DNA of 64,000 nucleotides from Candidatus Rhabdochlamydia sp. (GTDB taxonomy: Bacteria > Chlamydiota > Chlamydiia > Chlamydiales > Rhabdochlamydiaceae): NCBI GenBank assembly GCA_051648645.1, contig JBOFFP010000001.1:1-64000 (forward strand), written 5' to 3'. A program made the translations under genes and the position numbers. Every line of letters begins with the position of its first letter. The stretch's first letter is position 1. Shown piece by piece: positions 9,755-18,257 of the stretch. The notes beneath the pieces are model-generated. The model was not told the DNA's origin and did no database searches. It saw only the letters and a program-made list of their open reading frames with translations.

Positions 9755-9775
9755 GCCTAGACTAAGAGTCTAGGC
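9755..9775 (-). terminator. Rho-independent terminator after the groEL paralog
   Basis: GCCTAGACT-AAG-AGTCTAGGC perfect 9-bp stem just downstream of the stop. Confidence 0.7.
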
Positions 9776-9791
9776 ATATAAAATTATTTTT

Positions 9792-11375
9792 TTAGTCATT
9801 TTCAGGAGCATTGCCAATTAAAACCTCTGAAAAAAGAACAAGAATGGCTGTTGATACAGCACACTGTAGAGCAGATCGTAAAACCTTTAATGGGTCAATG
9901 ACACCACTTTTTAAAAGATCTTCTACTTTTCCTGTTATTGCATTTAGTCCAAATTGAGGTTCTGCATTAAGGATTTCATGAAAAATAACGGCACTATCAA
10001 GACCGCTATTCACAATGATTTGTTTAAGAGGAGCTTCACAGGCTTGGATCAAAATTTGCGCTCCGATGCTTTCTTCATTGCTTAAATTTAACTGTATATC
10101 GCGGCTAGCTCGCAATAGACCTATTCCTGCTCCTGCAACAACTCCTTCATCAATCGCGGCTTTTGTGGAATTTAAACTATCTTTAAACGCTTGTTGTTTT
10201 TGTTTTACTTCCGCTTCTATAGCACCTCCTACATGAATGATAGCTACTTCACCTGCAAGACTAGCTTTACGCTCTTCTAATTTTTCTTTGTTATAAGGGG
10301 AAGTGGTTTCTGTAATTTCCAGTTCAATCTGTTTAATGCGTATTTTTATGTCTTCCTTGCAAGTTTCTTTGGCAATGATTCTTGTTTTATCTTTGCTCGC
10401 AATAACTTTTTCTGCAAAACCTAGATCTTCAATAGTAGCATCTTTCAAAGATAATCCTGTTTCTTTTGAGAAGAATTTAGCGCCCGTTAAGATAGCAATA
10501 TCTTTGAGCATTTCTTGACGATTATCTCCAAATCCTGGTGCTTTTACTGCGCTAACTTTAATAAGTCCCTTTAATTTATTGATTGCTAGGGTGGAAAGAG
10601 CATCTCCTTCCACATCTTCTGCAATGATCAATAAGGCAGAAGAGGATGTCGCAATGGATTGTAAGATAGGGAGTATTTCTTGAGCAGAGCAGATTTTTTT
10701 ATCAGTGACTAAAATTAGAGGATGATCCATTTCTGCACATAATGTCTCTTGATTCGTGCAAAAAGCTGCACTAATATAGCCGCGATCAAATTGCATTCCT
10801 TTAGTAATTTCAAGGGTTGTGTTAATTCCTTTACCCTCTTCTATGGTAATAAAGCCGCTTCTTCCGACGTTTTTAATAGCTTTAGTAATATAGCTACCGA
10901 TAATTTTATCCCCGGAAGCAGAAGATGTTGCTATATTTTGTATTTCTTCCGCTGTTTGTATGGCAATGGCATTTGTCTTCAAAGCATGTAAAATAGCATC
11001 AAGTGCTTTTTCTATTCCTTGTTTTAAGTGAACAGGACTCGAGCCTGATGTGATTTGCTTTGCTGCATTTTTAGCAATGGCACGGAGTAAAATCAAACTT
11101 GTAGTTATGCCATCTCCACAAGTTTCTTTCATTTTAGCAGCACTCTCTTTAGCTAAAGAAATTCCCATATTGATGTATTGATTTTTTAATTCAATTTCTT
11201 TAGCTACATTATTGCCATGATTGGTAATATTAGGAGCTCCTTGAAAGGATTCTATGGCTACATTGCTTCCTTTGGGGCCTAATGTGCTGCAAATGGCATC
11301 TACGAGTTGGTCTATTCCTTCGAGTAATTTATTTCTTGCTTCTTCTTCGAAAATAAGTTCTTTAGCTGTTGACAT
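9792..11375 (-). CDS. groEL: Divergent chaperonin GroEL paralog (GroEL3-like by position near murF)
   Basis: TLGPKG, GDGITT, GMQFDRGYIS, AVKAPGFGDNR, GVIDPLKV. No GGM tail and no adjacent groES. Confidence 0.93.
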   Translation of the reverse strand: MSTAKELIFEEEARNKLLEGIDQLVDAICSTLGPKGSNVAIESFQGAPNITNHGNNVAKEIELKNQYINMGISLAKESAAKMKETCGDGITTSLILLRAIAKNAAKQITSGSSPVHLKQGIEKALDAILHALKTNAIAIQTAEEIQNIATSSASGDKIIGSYITKAIKNVGRSGFITIEEGKGINTTLEITKGMQFDRGYISAAFCTNQETLCAEMDHPLILVTDKKICSAQEILPILQSIATSSSALLIIAEDVEGDALSTLAINKLKGLIKVSAVKAPGFGDNRQEMLKDIAILTGAKFFSKETGLSLKDATIEDLGFAEKVIASKDKTRIIAKETCKEDIKIRIKQIELEITETTSPYNKEKLEERKASLAGEVAIIHVGGAIEAEVKQKQQAFKDSLNSTKAAIDEGVVAGAGIGLLRASRDIQLNLSNEESIGAQILIQACEAPLKQIIVNSGLDSAVIFHEILNAEPQFGLNAITGKVEDLLKSGVIDPLKVLRSALQCAVSTAILVLFSEVLIGNAPEND

Positions 11376-11440
11376 AGCTATCTCCTATATAAATTGTTTT
11401 CATAAAGAGTGACATAATAATGATTATTTCTAATAGGAAA

Positions 11441-11469
11441 AGTGTAAGAGGAGAAAGCTTATTTTGCAA
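11441..11469 (-). promoter_or_regulatory. Putative sigma66 promoter of the groEL paralog
   Basis: Minus strand TTGCAA-N17-TACACT. A second candidate, TTGCTA-N17-TAAGCT, overlaps the CIRCE. Confidence 0.6.
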
Positions 11470-11477
11470 TTCCGTTT

Positions 11478-11504
11478 TTAGCAATCAGCATAACTAAGTG
11501 CTAA
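11478..11504. promoter_or_regulatory. CIRCE element (HrcA operator)
   Basis: TTAGCAATC-N9-AAGTGCTAA, one mismatch per arm to TTAGCACTC-N9-GAGTGCTAA; ~100 nt upstream of a groEL gene. Confidence 0.82.
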
Positions 11505-12306
11505 GATCTTCTTTGTAGAGTGTTCTTTTAGGTATTTGATGCAATTTGGCTACCACTTTAATGGCTTCAGAGCGGCTAATATTTAACTCTTGCTGTAGGA
11601 TGTTAACGTGCGAAAGAACATTTCCTGTTAAACAGCTATCTTTTGGGTTTTCTGAAATTAATAAGACCATTTCTCCTCTAGGAGCATGTGTTTGAAAATG
11701 ATCCAATAAAATGCTGGGTTCTCCAAATAAACACTCTTCATGGAGCTTAGTTGCTTCTCTTACAATGCAAAGATGCCGTGTGTCATCTAGCTTTTGTAAA
11801 TGAGATAATGTTTTTTGTATTTGATGAGGAGTTTCGTAGAAGATGCTAGTTCCTTTATATTCCAAGGCAATCTTAAGCAGGGCAGATCGTTCTTTTTCTT
11901 TTTTGGGAATAAATCCTAGGAATTGAAAAATAGTAGAGGAAAAGCCGGATAATCCAAGAGCGACAATTAAAGCGCAGGCTCCTGGGATTGCTGTCACAGA
12001 AATTTTTTGATTGCGACATGCAGAAATAAGTTGTAGTCCCGGATCTGAGATTGCAGGAGTTCCTGCATCAGAAATAAGAGCGATATTTTTCCCATTTGCT
12101 AGATCTTCTAAAATAGGATCCAAACGCATTCTTTCATTAAAACAATGAAAACTTTTTAAGGGTTTTTTAATCGAGTAATGGTTTAAGAGAATTTGGCTAT
12201 GGCGGGTATCTTCACACAAGATATAGTCACATTCTTTGAGTATATCAAGTGCACGAAAAGAAAAATCTTTTAGATTGCCGATAGGAGTTGAAACTAAATA
12301 TAACAC
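11494..12306 (-). CDS. rsmI: 16S rRNA C1402 2'-O-methyltransferase
   Basis: LYLVSTPIGNL, CEDTR, SDAGTPAISDPG, YETPH, REATKLHEE. Start set to GTG 12306 because the longer ORF runs into the tRNA. Confidence 0.94.
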   Translation of the reverse strand: MLYLVSTPIGNLKDFSFRALDILKECDYILCEDTRHSQILLNHYSIKKPLKSFHCFNERMRLDPILEDLANGKNIALISDAGTPAISDPGLQLISACRNQKISVTAIPGACALIVALGLSGFSSTIFQFLGFIPKKEKERSALLKIALEYKGTSIFYETPHQIQKTLSHLQKLDDTRHLCIVREATKLHEECLFGEPSILLDHFQTHAPRGEMVLLISENPKDSCLTGNVLSHVNILQQELNISRSEAIKVVAKLHQIPKRTLYKEDLST

Positions 12307-12327
12307 GCTGTCTTTAATAAAAATAAA

Positions 12328-12398
12328 AGGTGGCACTCAGATTCGAACTGAGGATCGGAGCTTTGCAGGCTCCTGCCTTACCACTTGGCCATGCCACC
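12328..12398 (-). tRNA. tRNA-Cys (GCA), CCA not encoded
   Basis: Minus strand GGTGGCATGGCCAAGTGGTAAGGCAGGAGCCTGCAAAGCTCCGATCCTCAGTTCGAATCTGAGTGCCACCT folds as a cloverleaf with anticodon GCA and TTCGAAT T-loop. Confidence 0.96.
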
Positions 12399-12522
12399 TA
12401 AGCAATTGCCAGAAATTATGCTGTATTACGTATAATAGGGTCAATCGAAATTTCATTATGAGATAGCACAATCGAAGTTTTTTTAATGCTTAAAATCTAC
12501 TTTTAGTTACTCTTTCATACAA

Positions 12523-13842
12523 ATGTATACTTGTAAAGAAATAGCAGCCTATCTAGGGATATGTTTATCTAGTCTGGTTTTCATAAAGGGATTTCGTCAA
12601 GATAGCAGACTCATTCAAGAAGGGGATCTGTTTTTTGCCCTGGCTGGAGACAGAGTTGATGGTCATGCTTTTTTATTAGAAATAGCAAAAAAAGGAGCAG
12701 TAGCAGCTGTTGTATCTAAGCAGTATAAAGGGCCTAGTTATGGGCTAGTCTTATTAGCTGTAGAAGATGTGTTAAGTTCGTTACATCTACTAGCACAGCG
12801 TTTATTTTCCCAGAGAAGCACTCGTATTATTGCCATTACTGGATCAGTGGGAAAAACAACTGTTAAGGAATTTATTGCAACACTTTTATCAGCACAATTT
12901 AGAGTGGCAAAAACCCCTGGCAATGCAAATTCCCAATTAGGAGTGCCTTTGGCTTTATTAAATGCGGATAAGGAAGCAGAGCTCTTCGTGGCAGAAATGG
13001 GAATGAGTCAAAAAGGGCAAATTGCTAAACTTGTATCCATAGTTCCTCCAGAGATTGCTGTAATTGCCAATGTAGGTTTAGCTCATAGCATTAATTTTCC
13101 AGAAGGATTAGAAGCCATCGCCGAGGCAAAGGCTGAAATTTTATCGAGTAATAAGACGCGTCTTGCCATTTTAGGGCCTAATGTAGGGAATTTTTCTGCT
13201 ATCAAAAAGAGCTTGTTACCAAAAAAAAATTATGGGTTGACTCAAGAATTAGATCTCTATTTAGAAGTTCATCAGGAAAAATTTTGTTTGATCGAAAAGA
13301 CTTCTCAATCCTCTGTTTTTCCTTTGCCTTTTCAGGCAGAACATTTATGGGAAAACTTTTGCTGTGCTGCTCTAGTTGCCAGAGAATTAGGCCTTTGCTG
13401 GAAGAAAATCATTGAACAAGCACAACATCTTAAAACAACTTCCCATCGATTTACTATAATAGAAAAAAAAGGGGTTGTATTTGTTGACGACTCTTATAAT
13501 GCCAGTTCTTTTTCCTTAAAAGCAGCTTTTAAGTCTTTGCCTAAACCCAAATCAAAAGGAAAGACAATCGCTGTAATAGGTGACATGAAGGAGCTTGGGA
13601 ATTTTACCATAGAATGCCATGTAGAAGCTGCCAAGCAAGCTTTAGAAGTAACCGATGTGTTGCTTTGTTTAGGAAATGATTGCCTTCCCATGGTGGAGTT
13701 ATTTAATAAGAACAAGCGTAAAGCTCACTTGTATTCTGATTTTCAAGAACTATACAAAGCTGTACATACTCTAGCAAAACAAGGTGATGTTGTTTTGATT
13801 AAAGGAGCTAATTCGCATCAATTATGGCGTATTTTGGATTAG
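12523..13842 (+). CDS. murF: UDP-MurNAc-tripeptide--D-Ala-D-Ala ligase
   Basis: DSR, GDRVDGH, ITGSVGKTT, EMGMS, DDSYNAS, GDMKELG. Confidence 0.95.
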   Translation: MYTCKEIAAYLGICLSSLVFIKGFRQDSRLIQEGDLFFALAGDRVDGHAFLLEIAKKGAVAAVVSKQYKGPSYGLVLLAVEDVLSSLHLLAQRLFSQRSTRIIAITGSVGKTTVKEFIATLLSAQFRVAKTPGNANSQLGVPLALLNADKEAELFVAEMGMSQKGQIAKLVSIVPPEIAVIANVGLAHSINFPEGLEAIAEAKAEILSSNKTRLAILGPNVGNFSAIKKSLLPKKNYGLTQELDLYLEVHQEKFCLIEKTSQSSVFPLPFQAEHLWENFCCAALVARELGLCWKKIIEQAQHLKTTSHRFTIIEKKGVVFVDDSYNASSFSLKAAFKSLPKPKSKGKTIAVIGDMKELGNFTIECHVEAAKQALEVTDVLLCLGNDCLPMVELFNKNKRKAHLYSDFQELYKAVHTLAKQGDVVLIKGANSHQLWRILD

Positions 13843-13844
13843 GA

Positions 13845-13873
13845 TTGCGGTGTTTTGCTCTTCTGGTTAAGAT
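13845..13873 (+). promoter_or_regulatory. Putative sigma66 promoter of mraY
   Basis: TTGCGG-N17-TAAGAT in the murF-mraY gap. Confidence 0.4.
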
Positions 13874-13900
13874 AACGTTCACTTTTAAGAATAACCCCTA

Positions 13901-15121
13901 GTGCGACCCGTGATTCTTCTAATTTATCAATACCTAAATAGTATCGGATTTCAATTACATTCGGTTTTTACCTATTCTTCTACTCGGATGATGTTAGCAG
14001 CATTGAGTTCTTTGTTTTTTGCTATTTGGATGGGTCCTTATTGTATCAGAAGACTTTATGCTTTAAAAACAGGGCAGACGATTCGTGTGGAAGATTGTCC
14101 TCTTTTAGCAGAACTTCATCAAAAAAAAAAAGATACTCCTACTATGGGAGGCATTTTTCTTCTTTTTTCAGCTCTGCTTTCCCTTATTTTATGGATGGAT
14201 TGGAAAAGCAGCTTTACCCTTATGTTATGCTTGCTCACTTTAGGACTAGCCGTTGTAGGTGGAATTGATGATTATTTAAAAATGAAACTAAAAAATTCCA
14301 AAGGCATGAAAGCTCGCACCAAATTTATCATGCAAGTGCTTATTACATTAGGAATTTGTAGTTATCTATATATTCCTCAGCTTACACAAGGGGTGCAGTC
14401 TCAAGATTGGTTACATCCACCCATTGCTAAAGAATGGGTAAAAAAAAGCAAAACAGAAGGAGAATGGAAGGTATTAAATACAGAACAGTATATGGGGTAC
14501 TATTTTGTGCCTTTTGTCAAAAAACCTCTCTTCAAGTTAACTGGTTTAGGCTTGTTGCTAGGCATTTTCTTAAGCGTATTTGTGATAACAGGTTCTTCTA
14601 ATGCCGTGAATTTAACAGATGGATTGGATGGCCTAGCTTCAGGGTGTTTGATTATGGTAGCTGTTGTATTGGGAATTGTTGCTTTTTTATCGAATAATAA
14701 GGAAATGGCCCGCTACCTAAATATTTTATATATTGAACAAAGTGGAGAAATAGCTGTTTATTTATTTGCAGTTATTGGAGCAACTCTTGGTTTTTTGTGG
14801 TATAATGGGTTTCCTGCTCAGGTTTTTATGGGAGATATTGGTTCTTTATCCCTCGGTGGAATCATAGGTTTTTGTGCTGTTTTATTACGTCGAGAGCTTC
14901 TGTTGGGATTAGTTGGTGGGGTATTTGTCATAGAAACCCTTTCTGTGATTTTACAAGTAGGAAGTTATAAATTGCGCAATCGCAAACGCATTTTTCTATG
15001 CACACCTCTTCATCATCATTTTGAATATAAGGGATGGCCTGAAACAAAGGTAGTCATTCGCTTTTGGATCATTGGTTTAATTTTAGCTTTCTTGGGATTG
15101 GCTTCCTTGAAGTTCCAGTAG
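13901..15121 (+). CDS. mraY: Phospho-N-acetylmuramoyl-pentapeptide transferase
   Basis: TPTMGG, DDY, NAVNLTDGLDGLA, VFMGDIGS, PLHHHFE. Confidence 0.97.
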   Translation: MRPVILLIYQYLNSIGFQLHSVFTYSSTRMMLAALSSLFFAIWMGPYCIRRLYALKTGQTIRVEDCPLLAELHQKKKDTPTMGGIFLLFSALLSLILWMDWKSSFTLMLCLLTLGLAVVGGIDDYLKMKLKNSKGMKARTKFIMQVLITLGICSYLYIPQLTQGVQSQDWLHPPIAKEWVKKSKTEGEWKVLNTEQYMGYYFVPFVKKPLFKLTGLGLLLGIFLSVFVITGSSNAVNLTDGLDGLASGCLIMVAVVLGIVAFLSNNKEMARYLNILYIEQSGEIAVYLFAVIGATLGFLWYNGFPAQVFMGDIGSLSLGGIIGFCAVLLRRELLLGLVGGVFVIETLSVILQVGSYKLRNRKRIFLCTPLHHHFEYKGWPETKVVIRFWIIGLILAFLGLASLKFQ

Positions 15122-15208
15122 TAAAGAACCAGTTTAAGTAATTTATCATAACTTATTTATTTCTAAAAAAATCACTGCTTTTTTCAGAGGACATGATGGG
15201 AGATTAGA

Positions 15209-16015
15209 ATGAAAAATTACATTCTACTAGAAGATAAAGAAAGCCTCATGGAAATGGAAAATAACATGAGAGAGAAATTTAAGTATGTGGCTTCGAAACT
15301 GGATACTATGCGCACTGAAAATATTAAAGGAGTTTCTGTTGTTAATACAGCCTTATCTTCAGATACTTTTAATACTGCTTTTGGAGGTCAAATCGAAGAT
15401 CACATCGCGCAGGAAATTTTTTTATATTACAAAAAAACCAACCAACCGATGGCATGGTGGATTGGACCCAGTTCTGCTTCTGAGTATACACAAAAATGCT
15501 TAGAAAAAGCAGGTTTTGTGCTCAATGAATTAGACATAGGAATGACCTGTCATATTATTCAGAACATAGATTACCAATTTCCAGAAAAATTAACCATTCG
15601 TCAATGTACAACACTTAAAGATTATAATGATTTCGGAGAGGTATTAGCTTCAATTTTTAATCCTCCTGATGAACAAGTCAAGGTGTTTTATAATAAAATG
15701 GCTGGCTTGAGTTCCGAAGAAACCAAAGATATGATTCTTTTTGTGGGTTATGAAGAGAAGTGTCCTGTGGCAACTTCTTGTCTATTTATAACCGATGTAG
15801 CAGGGATTTATGATATCGCAACTCGACCCGAAAAAAGAAATTTGGGGTATGGCTCAGCGATGTTTTATTACACTCTTATGGAATCTCAAAAAAGAGGTTT
15901 GCAAAAAAGCGTTCTTCAAGCATCACCCGATGGGATCAATATTTATAAACGATTTGGATTCGAAGAAGTGTGTCATTTTACTGTTTGGAGCAATAGAATT
16001 AAAACTTTGGCTTAA
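15209..16015 (+). CDS. GNAT family N-acetyltransferase (two-domain, 268 aa)
   Basis: GIYDIATRPEKRNLGYGSAM acetyl-CoA motif and LQASPDGINIYKRFGF; GGGAG RBS. Confidence 0.88.
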   Translation: MKNYILLEDKESLMEMENNMREKFKYVASKLDTMRTENIKGVSVVNTALSSDTFNTAFGGQIEDHIAQEIFLYYKKTNQPMAWWIGPSSASEYTQKCLEKAGFVLNELDIGMTCHIIQNIDYQFPEKLTIRQCTTLKDYNDFGEVLASIFNPPDEQVKVFYNKMAGLSSEETKDMILFVGYEEKCPVATSCLFITDVAGIYDIATRPEKRNLGYGSAMFYYTLMESQKRGLQKSVLQASPDGINIYKRFGFEEVCHFTVWSNRIKTLA

Positions 16016-16142
16016 AAATCTATGAAACTTTTAACTTTCCCGTTAAAAATACTTACGACAACTTCAACTGATTTTGGTATATACCTCTTCTCATTTTATA
16101 AATCTAAAAAATGCATCTATTTAAGGCTAGCCTGTATGTTAC

Positions 16143-16169
16143 AATAGTCCCACTAGTGGTGGGACTATT
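16143..16169. terminator. Strong hairpin terminator between convergent genes
   Basis: AATAGTCCCAC-TAGTG-GTGGGACTATT, perfect 11-bp stem. Confidence 0.75.
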
Positions 16170-16175
16170 TAAAGA

Positions 16176-16568
16176 TTAAGGATCTGTTATTTCCTTTATT
16201 TCTTTTTTAGGAATTTGGGGCAATCTGACCATCTCCAGTAGCCTTTCAATAAAGCTTGTTCGCATATCAATAGCAGTAAGTTTATGTTCCATGTTGCCAA
16301 TACGGCCTTCAATACTATTCATGCGATTATCTACTCTTTCAAATTGAGCATCCACCTTTTCAAATCGAGCATCCACCTTTTCAAATCGAGCATCCACCTT
16401 TTCAAAACGCGAGTCCATTTGCTTTTCCATCTTTTCAAAGCGTGCATCCACGCGCGCTTCCATTTTCTCAAATCGCGCGTCCATTCTGTGAATGATCCAA
16501 GTGAATCCACCTAAAGTCGGGATAAGAATGCTTACTATAACGGTAATGGTTTGAGAGTCTATGCCCAT
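16176..16568 (-). CDS. N-terminally membrane-anchored heptad-repeat coiled-coil protein
   Basis: TM segment TITVIVSILIPTLGGFTWII followed by about 7 (V/M)DARFEK-type heptads; GAGG RBS; own terminator. Confidence 0.8.
   Translation of the reverse strand: MGIDSQTITVIVSILIPTLGGFTWIIHRMDARFEKMEARVDARFEKMEKQMDSRFEKVDARFEKVDARFEKVDAQFERVDNRMNSIEGRIGNMEHKLTAIDMRTSFIERLLEMVRLPQIPKKEIKEITDP
16346..16408. repeat. 21-bp tandem repeat x3 encoding FEKVDAR-type heptads
   Basis: GAGCATCCACCTTTTCAAATC twice exactly plus a third near-exact copy; degenerate copies flank it. Confidence 0.9.
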
Positions 16569-16706
16569 GTTTACCTCTTTATTATATTTAAAAATTTAAA
16601 GGCCATTCTTTTCACTAGACATTATGCGCAAGTCTTGCTTGCCTTCTACCTATTTTTACAGTTTAAACAAAAAAACTCCATCTATCAGTTTTGGTAAAAA
16701 GCAGTT

Positions 16707-16790
16707 TTTTAGCTTTTTTATTTACTCTTTAGAAAGCCCTGTAACTTCGATAATCAGCTCTATTTCCAAGCCTTCTTTTGATAGATTTCT
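16707..16790 (-). pseudogene. Relic of an Rpn/PD-(D/E)XK transposase-like C-terminus
   Basis: Minus-strand translation RNLSKEGLEIELIIEVTGLSKE*IKKLK aligns by eye to KRLLQDGFKIDMIIRSTGLSKEQVEELK of the gene at 1-353; TAA at 16722-16724. Confidence 0.65.
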
Positions 16791-16917
16791 TGATCTCTGT
16801 GAGCAATTTCATCCATCTAGGAGAAATATTGTAACAGGTCAACATTCAAATAGGCAAGTTGAGGTTGTACTTTTCTCACCTAAAATAGAGATATTAAAAT
16901 CAAAACCTGGAAAATTG

Positions 16918-17242
16918 TTAGCTTGCAATAGAGGGCCATTCATCTTTCAGTATGCTATAAAATATTGTATCCGATGTCTGCCATCTGGCATAAGAGGATG
17001 ACTTCGTTAGAAAAATTGCCTAAAGTTGTTGGGCCCATGATGGTTTTAGTAATAGGATTTTCAATAATATAAGGAATATCTAGAGGCACTTTGTTGCAGA
17101 GCTTCTCTACATAATTTGTAATGTTTGTTAAATCAGTCATTTTTAAAGCAAAATAGACCCAAATTGTCTTGGTTAAGAGCAAATTGCGTTATCTGTTTTT
17201 GATCAGCGGTCTTAAACGCACTTTTGTATTTTCAAGTGTATG
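16918..17242 (-). pseudogene. Fragmented RimJ/RimL-type GNAT acetyltransferase
   Basis: Pieces in different frames read HTLENTKVRLRPL / QFALNQD / IWVYFALKM...IPYIIENPITKTIMG / RSHPLMPDGRH / DTIFYSILKDEWPSIAS*. These match both ends of this family, with frameshifts and a central deletion. Confidence 0.7.
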
Positions 17243-17390
17243 ACTCTTTTAGTTTATTTTAAAGTTATTAATGGTTAGTATGTTATAAAATTGTTTAAAT
17301 CTAAATTAAAACATATTTAAAACTGAATAATTTGATGTTAAGGATGATTTTTTATATTAATTAATTTTTTTATAGATCAGGGGTATAGCT

Positions 17391-18209
17391 ATGAACATTA
17401 CAAATGGATTTAATGCACCTAAGGATGGTTGGAGGACTACTCTTAGAAGATCTCTTACTTTAGGAAGAGATTCTAAAAATAGAAGCATTTCAAATTCTAC
17501 GAATAACGCATTAAATAGTAAAATTGAATTTATGAATAAAACAGCTACTCTTGAACGATTGCCACAGATAGATAAAGTTTTAGAAAAAGATGTATCCCAT
17601 GTGACCAAACGAATAAAGATTTTAAGAACAGAAAATCTAACAGAAATGACAAAGAAAGTATCAGAATTTCAACGTTATTCTCTAGCTGGTTTAGAAAATA
17701 TCAAACAACGTTTTATAGATAATGAAAAGCCTCCCATTTCAGATTCAGGAAATGGTAAGATTTTTTTGGGGAAAACTCTAAACAATTCTAAAATTCCGAG
17801 CAAAATAGGTAAAAAATTAGACGAGGCAAAAAATCTTTTTCAGAATGATTACAAAAAAGCAAAAAAGAGCTTCAAGCAGCTTTTGTTATTAAATCTTTTA
17901 AAGGAAGAAAAACCAACCATTGAACTCTATCTAGCAACGATCTATTTATTGCAAGGTAAGATATATAAAGCAGAAAAACATCTGAAAGGAAAGGCAAAAC
18001 CTTTTATTAGAGGCACTATTGCTTCTTTGACGCAAATAATGAGCTGTCATGTAAGTCGTCTTATAAAAGAAGAACAGGAGCCACAAACAATAAAAGGACC
18101 TTTTCTAGCTTTTCTACTTTATGAAGAAACCGAAAGCTTTTCAGAAGATGAAAAAATAATGGCAAAAGCATTGTCCAAGGAATTTAATATTAAAAAAGGA
18201 AGCTTTTGA
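17391..18209 (+). CDS. Hypothetical protein with TPR-like helical segment
   Basis: 272 aa; S/T/N-rich N-terminus; AKNLFQNDYKKAKKSFKQLL...LYLATIYLLQGKIYKAEKHL is TPR-like. Confidence 0.7.
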   Translation: MNITNGFNAPKDGWRTTLRRSLTLGRDSKNRSISNSTNNALNSKIEFMNKTATLERLPQIDKVLEKDVSHVTKRIKILRTENLTEMTKKVSEFQRYSLAGLENIKQRFIDNEKPPISDSGNGKIFLGKTLNNSKIPSKIGKKLDEAKNLFQNDYKKAKKSFKQLLLLNLLKEEKPTIELYLATIYLLQGKIYKAEKHLKGKAKPFIRGTIASLTQIMSCHVSRLIKEEQEPQTIKGPFLAFLLYEETESFSEDEKIMAKALSKEFNIKKGSF

Positions 18210-18227
18210 GATTTTGAAGGCAAACAG

Positions 18228-18257
18228 TTGCTAAAAAGGACTTTTTATGTGTAGTTT
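18228..18257 (+). promoter_or_regulatory. Putative sigma66 promoter of murD
   Basis: TTGCTA-N18-TAGTTT, with TGTG just before the -10. Confidence 0.35.

Noticed and set aside
12328..12398. tRNA-Cys as an integration site
   Set aside because: Flanked by core genes rsmI and murF; no integrase and no duplicated tRNA 3' end seen.
12236..12466. 76-aa ORF and the extended rsmI start at 12336
   Set aside because: Both overlap tRNA-Cys; artefacts of ORF calling.
14121..14131. A11 homopolymer in mraY as a phase-variation tract
   Set aside because: In frame (QKKKD) in an essential gene of an AT-rich genome where long A runs are common.
16346..16408. 21-bp repeats as a CRISPR array
   Set aside because: Head-to-tail with no spacers, in frame within a CDS, and no cas genes nearby.
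16624..17001. 125-aa plus-strand ORF
   Set aside because: It is antisense to two recognisable minus-strand relics (Rpn tail and GNAT C-terminus) and shows no family features; likely a shadow ORF.
16955..17182. 75-aa minus-strand ORF as a stand-alone gene
   Set aside because: It is one frame of the fragmented RimJ-type GNAT pseudogene.
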